Assembly: GCF_001194135.2 (NCBI RefSeq)
Contig: NC_068983.1
Span: 60,794,557 to 60,849,985 of the forward strand
DNA length: 55,429 bases
Reading direction: 5' to 3'
From: Octopus bimaculoides
Taxonomy: Eukaryota
Both the position numbers and the translations under genes were made by a program. Every line of letters starts with the position of its first letter. Position 1 is the stretch's first letter. This document shows, piece by piece, positions 49,840 to 55,429 of this stretch. The notes below the pieces were generated by a model. The model made no database searches. It was not told the DNA's origin and worked only from the letters and a program-made list of their open reading frames with translations.

Positions 49840-51110
49840 AGAGCATCAGGTCCGGAAACTGTGTTTTTTCTCAAGAAACAATCCGAGTGATTCAAAAATT
49901 AAAAGAAGAACCTTATTGATCAAAGACTCAAAGACTTTGGTAGCTACAAGGAAGAAGGTTGATTGGATAGTAGTTACAAGGATCAGAATATTCACCAGTG
50001 TTTTTCAAAATAGACATTCTAATAGAGACCAATTTCCAGTAAGCTGAAAAGGAAGACATTTGAGGAAGAGATTAGACAGAACAGAAATAATTTCAGAAGA
50101 GCAATTTTGCAAATCAATAGCAGGAATATTATCAGGAATAGAAGCAGTTTAAGTGTCGACGCTAGAAATTGCTTTCGCCATAGATTTAGATGTTATACGC
50201 ATGTCAGGTAAAGGAACACGGAGAAGAAAATTTCGGAACATGACCAGATAAATCAATGTTAGAATTACTGGAAAACAACTGGAGAAGTGAATCTGTTTTA
50301 TCGTTAGAAGTTATTACCTAATAACCATTGAAGAGAAGGAGGTGCTACATTTACCATTATTCAATATACTACTATAAATTTTCTAAAAGTCCTGTGAATC
50401 TAGGTTCTGATAAGCCGTTTAGGTTTTGTTCGCTCTGTAACCAATGAAAGGAGACGTTTATTTTCTGAAGATAGAAAAAGTGAAAAGTGATACCTCTGAA
50501 CAATAGGAGAGACACAAGCAGGGAAAAGATTGTGGTTTAACTATCACCGATACGAAGGCATCTACCAACCTAAGTGCAAGATACTACTTCAGAGGTTCAA
50601 CCATTAGCAGCAAGAGAAAAGAAATGACGCCATGGAACATCACGAAGTAAATGTCGAAAAGAATACCAGTCTCTTTGTTGGTAGTTTTCAAATGAAGGAT
50701 CAGTGCTTGGAGGATAGCTTAAAGAGAAACAGAGCAAATGTAGGGGTCAGTCAGACACGAAGCAAAGAGGAAGGAATCATAATCGTCGTAATGTCGATAG
50801 TGAATAAGAAAGTTGAGTGAGAATTTGAGATAGAGAGATATTTAGGCCATGGGTTTCGGCAGAATCAGAGATGCTAGAAATGTGTCTACGTGATGAGTAA
50901 TGAAAATGGCAAGGGAGAAAATATTTGTTGATGGATAACAAGAAAAGATTTGGTAAATTCTGTCGAATACAACACCAATGGAAGTAATGTCTTGACGGGA
51001 TGGTTTGTGATAAAGAAGAGCGAAGTAGAAACAATAAAGGAATGAATCCTTTGTTACATAACAATACCATGCCAATGCAACATTTGTGTCCTTCATTCAG
51101 AAGATGTTCT
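49840..51110 (-). pseudogene. CR1-group LINE ORF2 remnant (APE endonuclease to RT N-terminus)
   Basis: Seen on minus: LYHKPSRQD...YPSTNIF, SLSQILTQ, RDWYSFRHLLRDVPW, KNTGEYSDPCNYYPINLL, KVFESLINKVL. Many stops. Confidence 0.75.
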
Positions 51111-51702
51111 GTCCGCCATCTTGTTATTTCTTGCGTTATTTTTATTTTAATGAAGATGGCGGACTCACAGACCATTTGAGGTAATTTTAGTTTCTACCAC
51201 TTTGTTATACTTCAATCGCGGTATTCAATGCTTTTATCGTTAACGAGTAATGCCGCATCCAGTCTGAAATAAACAATGTGAGTGTCTATATATGGAAAGT
51301 GCTTCATGTCGTTTTAGGTCTCTGCCAAGATTTTATAGAAGACACCAGTCAACAACAGATGTAAGTCTCTCTCGTTTGCGCTTAATGATGTCTTCCGAGG
51401 AAAGTCGAGGCTTATAAAACTTGGTACTGCTGTTAGATTGCAAACAATCGGGACATGTTTGTCCCGAGCAAGATATTCCATAAAACCTTCTAACGATTCC
51501 GCTCATCCACTTCCAGGACTGATTCTAATTAATCCCTGGTGGGATGAAAAGTATAATTGACCTTGGTTGAATTTGAACGCAGAACGCAAAGTCAGAACAT
51601 ACACGCACATAAACACATGCGCGCGCCCACACACACATACACACAAACACGTGCCACACTCATACACAAACTTAGACAAATTCATTTATACATATGTATA
51701 TA

Positions 51703-52182
51703 TTTATATAATAAATGCGAATGTTAGTTTGTCAGTGTATCACACTTTTTCAACTTTACTCCTAGAGGCCGTAGCCTAATATATGATGCCATTTTGGAAT
51801 CAGGCCAACTCCGTGAGTAAATTAAAAGCATTCTGGAAAAAATCAGGACCCGCAATCCTGAAATTATGGATTCCCAAGTTTTCATTACTGCGATTATTTT
51901 CGGCGAATTTTTTTACATGATTTTTTTTTTTTTTGTGACGAATTATTTTGTACAATTTTTATAACTTGGAAATAAATTTTGAGAATAATTGTAATTAATT
52001 GCGAAATCCAGCGATTATTTTCGGTGATTTTTTTTTACCTGATTTTTTTTTTTTGCAACGAATATGATCATTATTGGGATATGACTCTTGAGGAAGCAAT
52101 TGCAACAAATTCTGGAAAGCAAGTCAGAGATCTGTTTGCAGTTCTTCCCATTCGGGATTCATAGCTTAAAAGCTATATACTA
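51703..52182 (+). mobile_element. Helitron derivative: 5' terminus plus RepHel fragment
   Basis: Seen: ATATAATAAATGCGAATG...GTCAGTGTATCACAC start, and NEYDHYWDMTLEEAIATNSGKQVRDLFAVL at 52057-52146 (Helitron D--W---L-EA------Q-R-LFA motif). Confidence 0.65.
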
Positions 52183-52630
52183 NNNNNNNNNNNNNNNNNN
52201 NNNNNNNNNNNNNNNNNNNNNNNNNNNNNNNNNNNNNNNNNNNNNNNNNNNNNNNNNNNNNNNNNNNNNNNNNNNNNNNNNNNNNNNNNNNNNNNNNNNN
52301 NNNNNNNNNNNNNNNNNNNNNNNNNNNNNNNNNNNNNNNNNNNNNNNNNNNNNNNNNNNNNNNNNNNNNNNNNNNNNNNNNNNNNNNNNNNNNNNNNNNN
52401 NNNNNNNNNNNNNNNNNNNNNNNNNNNNNNNNNNNNNNNNNNNNNNNNNNNNNNNNNNNNNNNNNNNNNNNNNNNNNNNNNNNNNNNNNNNNNNNNNNNN
52501 NNNNNNNNNNNNNNNNNNNNNNNNNNNNNNNNNNNNNNNNNNNNNNNNNNNNNNNNNNNNNNNNNNNNNNNNNNNNNNNNNNNNNNNNNNNNNNNNNNNN
52601 NNNNNNNNNNNNNNNNNNNNNNNNNNNNNN

Positions 52631-52841
52631 ATATATACCGGAGTAAGCACATAAAATGTGCAACAAGGTGGAAAAAAGAGTACTCAAATACCAGAGGTAG
52701 AGTAATATGCTTTATTTAAAGCAGCAGAAATATAACAAAAGATTGTTACTCGGAGTTTCACGTTCCCGTTCATCCGATGAACGGGAACGTGAAACTCCGA
52801 GTAACAGTCTTTTGTTATATTTCTGTTGCTTTTAAATAAAG
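52631..52841. mobile_element. Fold-back element in (TA)n carrying hammerhead-like halves (probable PLE terminal-repeat derivative)
   Basis: Seen: ~64-bp inverted arms centred on 52775. The plus strand reads CCGATGA-ACG-GGAA-CGT-GAAAC-TCCGA-GTA. Confidence 0.7.
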
Positions 52842-53098
52842 TATATATATATATATATATCCATCCATCCATCCATCCATCCATACATACATACATACAT
52901 ACATGCATGCATGCATCTATCTATCCATCCATCCATCCATACATACATACATACATACATACGTACATATATACATACATACATACATACTTATGTATAT
53001 GTGTGTGTATGTGTTTATAAATGTATTTGAATGTGCATGAAAAAAACCATCCAACCTTAAAGACGTTTCTAGCAAAAATGAATAAATAGGTAAATAGA

Positions 53099-53137
<39 letters not shown>

Positions 53138-53356
53138 ATGATCACCAATTATTGATAGAAAGAGAAAAGTATGTTATCGATTATTTTTTTATATAAAAAT
53201 CTGGTTTTCCAGTGCAGTTCTTATCGACGCCATTAATGTGAACTAACAGTTTCATATCCCACAGGATTATTCATGGACAGCTGGGGAACATTGCAAAGTG
53301 TAGCGCTTATATCGGAAGCATTTACAACAACAATAATGATGATGATGATGATTTCT

Positions 53357-53416
<60 letters not shown>

Positions 53417-53417
53417 T

Positions 53418-53625
53418 TCAGACAAATACATAACAAAAATACCAGGACTTACAAATATATATAACATACAGAAAATTGCACTACTGGGTACTGCACACAT
53501 TCTACGCAAAACACTTTCAATACAGTAAACATAAGAGCACCACAGCAAACCACAGCACATACCCAAGGCGCACAGAGCTGCGCTCGGTAGTGAAGTGAAA
53601 GCACGTTATAAAAATAAAACTACTG
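53418..53625 (+). mobile_element. Very short 5'-truncated Dong LINE between (AAT)n tracts
   Basis: Seen: SDKYITKIPGLTNIYNIQKIALLGTAHILRKTLSIQ* (stop 53526-53528), 3' UTR and AAT tail. Confidence 0.85.
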
Positions 53626-53663
53626 AATAATAATAATAATTATAATAATAGTAATAATAATAA

Positions 53664-53868
53664 CATCTGGAAACTTTAGAAATACCTCACAATCTAGGTG
53701 TATTGCAAAAATCACCATTATTTGGAACTGCATGCATATTGTGTAAAGTACTGTCACAATACGTCTGTCACAATACGTCCCGGTTGTGACTTGACAAACA
53801 GTACAAACCTCCGGTATACACAATATCTTCCACCAACATTACGATATTGGATACCGTGCGTTGTCTTA
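53664..53868 (+). mobile_element. Very short 5'-truncated Dong LINE (different family) between (AAT)n tracts
   Basis: Seen: HLETLEIPHNLGVLQKSPLFGTACILCKVLS. Its 3' UTR shares the TGACTTGAC motif with the 15690-16379 element. Confidence 0.75.
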
Positions 53869-53922
53869 AATAATAATGATAATAATAATAACAACAGCAA
53901 CAACAATAATGATAATAATAAA

Positions 53923-54479
53923 GATGCCCTGATGCAGTACCAGGCATTGGCTCTCATGGTTTCTGATCTTAACTGATTGAAAGTGTTATCATGTACATTG
54001 TTTTGTCTTGGTATAAAAGATGGTCTACAGCAAATATTCTGCTCAATTCCACAGATTTGCTTGTCAGTTGTTTGACCTTAACCAGTTGAGCATATTGCTT
54101 AGTGGCTGACGATATGTGCATCTCTGATCACGAGCAGAAGTAGTGGGGGAGTATCATAGCCATGTGTTGAGAGGAATTCTTTGCGGTTTGAATAATTCAC
54201 CTTTGGAAACATGAGTGGTTCATTCAACATCCTTAAACAACCCTTATTCAGGGACCTTTTGAGCGGGTTGGGCTACTCGACCTGAAAAAAATTCTAACTA
54301 GGCCCCACCTGCAAGGTCATGCGCTGTTTATCTTGATATGAGATCACCATGTCGCGCACATATGGTTATGATGCATGTGTCTGGAGTACCCTTATCAGAC
54401 GGATAGTCATGATGGGTATAATGGGCTTCACATATTTTACCCCAGTGTCACTCTGATGGCATGCATTGCTCTCTCTCAC

Positions 54480-54481
<2 letters not shown>
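53923..54481. mobile_element. Unclassified 559-bp ORF-less segment flanked by (AAT)n on both sides
   Basis: Seen: sharp boundaries at AAT tracts, higher GC than its surroundings, and no tRNA head, TIR or ORF recognised. Mobility is inferred. Confidence 0.5.
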
Positions 54482-54536
<55 letters not shown>

Positions 54537-54551
54537 GATGATGATAATGCT

Positions 54552-54755
54552 GATCCTTTCTACTGGAGGCACAAGGTCTCAAATTTGGTGAGAGGGGACT
54601 AGTCGATTATATCGACCCCAGTCTTTCACTGGTACTTAATTTATCGACCCCGGAAGGATGAAAGGCAAAGTTGACCCCGGCGGCTTTTGAATTCAGAGCG
54701 TAAAGGCAGACGAAATACCGCCCAGCGTGCTAGCGATCCTGCCAGCTCACCGCTT
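54552..54755 (-). mobile_element. SINE A between (AAT)n and (TAC)n
   Basis: Seen by homology to the other A copies. Confidence 0.85.
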
Positions 54756-54815
<60 letters not shown>

Positions 54816-54823
54816 CACTACTT

Positions 54824-54865
<42 letters not shown>

Positions 54866-54899
54866 ATTTTATTATTAGTGATTATTATTAGTTATTATT

Positions 54900-54930
<31 letters not shown>

Positions 54931-54932
54931 TA

Positions 54933-55429
54933 ATTTTATGTTTGACTTTTGCTTTGCATTTGTACAAGTTAGATCCAAGTCTCACCCAGAGACCTCAAGA
55001 GACAACAAGTTAGAAGTTCATGTAGGTGTTATGCCTAGGGTACCATATATTTGGATTTGTACATAGTGTTGTTCTCGAGAATGTTTTAGAAACCACAAGA
55101 AAATTATGTGTTTGCTTTAAAATTTAAGATCACATAGACAGTATTTTACGTAGAATATGGGCAGTTCCCATGAGCACTATCTTTTGAACTTCAGCCATTT
55201 TGGGGTTTCCTGGTATCTGAGCTAGGTAGTAATCAGCCCGTTTTGCTGTCATTCCCAGGGCACCCATGACAATAGGTATTGTTTTAGTCTTCAGGTTCCA
55301 CATTTTGCTAATTTCTATTTCAAGATCTTTATATTTGCTCAGTTTTTGGTAGGTCTTGACAGATACGTTTATATCGATTGGGACAGTCATATCAATGAGG
55401 AGGCATGATTTTTGTCTGAAGTCTTTCAG
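54933..55429 (-). mobile_element. R4/Dong LINE 3' end (continues beyond the window)
   Basis: Seen on minus: an open frame LLIDMTVPIDINV...KYKDLEIEISKMW...IVMGALG...LMGTAHILRKILSM* (stop at 55130), then 3' UTR and (TAA)n tail. About 95% identical by eye to 29123-29452. Confidence 0.9.

Noticed and set aside
53962-53981. Short resemblance of the minus strand (TTCAATCAGTTAAGATCAGA) to the U2 snRNA 5' region
   Set aside because: It covers only about 20 nt with several differences, and there is no branch-point recognition sequence or Sm site.

Overview
AT-rich, repeat-saturated animal genomic DNA, most likely an octopus/coleoid cephalopod scaffold (inferred from the SINE, LINE and microsatellite repertoire). 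About 7.5 kb is N, in 17 gaps, most of them flanked by microsatellites. I find no intact host protein-coding gene, no true tRNA or rRNA gene and no CRISPR array. Nearly all long ORFs in the track are artefacts of N runs or simple repeats. Real coding signal is limited to decayed transposons: R4/Dong-clade RLE LINEs (at least 8 fragments), two Penelope-like (RT/GIY-YIG) elements, CR1-like and Tx1/L1-like LINE pieces, Helitron RepHel remnants, and maT, mariner, pogo/Tigger and hAT transposase remnants, plus MITEs. Four tRNA-headed SINE groups are abundant. A-D are my own labels; I cannot map them onto the published octopus OK/OR1/OR2 names. The most interesting signals are: (i) hammerhead-ribozyme-like motifs linked to Penelope-type sequence, including a near-perfect 64-bp fold-back whose arms each carry a hammerhead half; (ii) Dong LINEs, an ORF-less 559-bp element and SINE A all stacked in (AAT)n tracts with fixed polarities; (iii) a recurrent dimeric SINE; (iv) a mirror-image interstitial telomeric repeat. 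These mostly extend known retroelement biology. I cannot show a wholly new system from sequence alone.
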